46,008 bases of DNA from a virus (lineage: Duplodnaviria; Caudoviricetes): the IMG/VR virus record IMGVR_UViG_3300002301_000027, positions 1 through 46,008 of that record; one strand, written 5' to 3'. The notes under the pieces are model-generated. The model saw nothing but the letters and a program-made list of their open reading frames with translations. It was not told the DNA's origin and made no database searches. The translations under genes and the position numbers were made by a program. Positions 45,360 to 46,008 of this stretch are shown piece by piece (within the stretch, counting starts at the first letter, position 1; each line of letters opens with the position of its first letter).

Positions 45360-45615
45360 CCCCTGTATTTGCAGGGGCAATCGCTGGCATGGTCCTAAGA
45401 CCTGCCTAATCTTTTGAGAGGTAATACCTCCCCGCCCTACTCACTCGTGACTGATACTTGCGTATCCGCCAGTCGCTTTTGAGCCGACTAGGCTAGTGGC
45501 ACTCGTCAGGGGGCTTATTCCTGAGTATCCACGCAAGAGGCGGTGTAAGTGCCACACGGTATTTCACCGACTAGGGGCTTTGTCAAAGCCGCCTAGCGCA
45601 CCTTAGGATTTGCGT
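45360..45615 (-). ncRNA. Candidate large structured leader or ncRNA
   Basis: At least eight stems in about 250 nt of ORF-free sequence. Confidence 0.4.
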
Positions 45616-45869
45616 GATTTCGTCAGCTAATACAAGCCGCTAAAGAGCAAGCGCCACAATCCCGCCGTTCGGAGCACGACCTAGCAATCCCGTCCTACTT
45701 GGTAGAGACCGTGAAGCCTTTCCCAAGAGACCATGCCGTATGGCCGTTCCTGATGTAGTCTGGTATATAGACGTCCCTAGCTATGTCAAGACATAGAAAG
45801 AGGTATCCTGATACCAGTCGGAGACTAGAGCAAGGCGCCATCCGGTGCCCGCCGTCTCTCGATGAATTG

Positions 45870-45897
45870 ACACTAGCAGAACGGTCACGGCAGTCAA
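45870..45897 (-). promoter_or_regulatory. Putative first early promoter
   Basis: TTGACT-16-TAGTGT with a TG extension, pointing into the early arm. Confidence 0.5.
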
Positions 45898-45921
45898 CCT
45901 GAATACGTATGCACACATCAT

Positions 45922-45969
45922 GTTCCCTTTCCGTTCTCTATCCGTTCCTCTCTCGTTCCCGGTATGTTC
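45922..45969. promoter_or_regulatory. Array of five GTTC units with N7 spacing (four overlapping GTTC-N7-GTTC LexA-type boxes)
   Basis: GTTC at 45922, 45933, 45944, 45955 and 45966. Confidence 0.7.
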
Positions 45970-46008
45970 TCTGGGACCTTGGGGACCGGGGGGGGGGGGG
46001 GAAATCGC

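Noticed and set aside
45764-45796. Second early promoter (TTGACA inside the palindrome CTATGTC-AA-GACATAG)
   Set aside because: The -10 match is weak at normal spacing; possible but not supportable. The same applies to TTGACA at 198 and 45586.
1-46008. tRNA genes, integrase/repressor, phage RNA polymerase, introns or inteins
   Set aside because: No cloverleaf or TTCGA arm in the intergenic gaps and no matching ORFs; pol, terL and nrdJ look uninterrupted and of normal size. This was a visual check only.

Overview
Apparently complete (circularly overlapping) ~46 kb genome of a lytic-type podovirus, probably of an alphaproteobacterial host. It has two convergent arms that meet at a bidirectional terminator (~21.2 kb). 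The + arm (0.6-21.2 kb) holds P22-like morphogenesis genes: TerS, TerL, portal, scaffold, coat, head-tail proteins, fibres, ejection proteins and holin-like genes. The - arm (45.4 to 21.2 kb) holds small early and membrane genes, a PaP3/phiEco32/RIO-1-type amidoligase-GATase-ATP-grasp cluster, a T7-like primase-helicase, family A DNA polymerase, SSB, nucleases, nucleotide-pool enzymes, class II RNR, spanins and a GH73 endolysin. I found no RNA polymerase, integrase, repressor, tRNA or CRISPR array; transcription appears to rely on near-consensus sigma70 promoters of two sequence classes. The most notable observations are: (1) five GTTC units in perfect 11-bp phase, i.e. four overlapping alphaproteobacterial LexA-type boxes, next to the putative first early promoter; (2) a LysW-like acidic Zn-finger protein ending in Glu, coupled to the ATP-grasp gene; (3) a Pol A with Gln at the steric-gate Glu and Leu at the motif-B Tyr; (4) a gp10-like tail hub split around an inserted gene; (5) several hairpin-dense non-coding regions and pseudoknot candidates. 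All product calls come from motif recognition by eye; no database searches were run.
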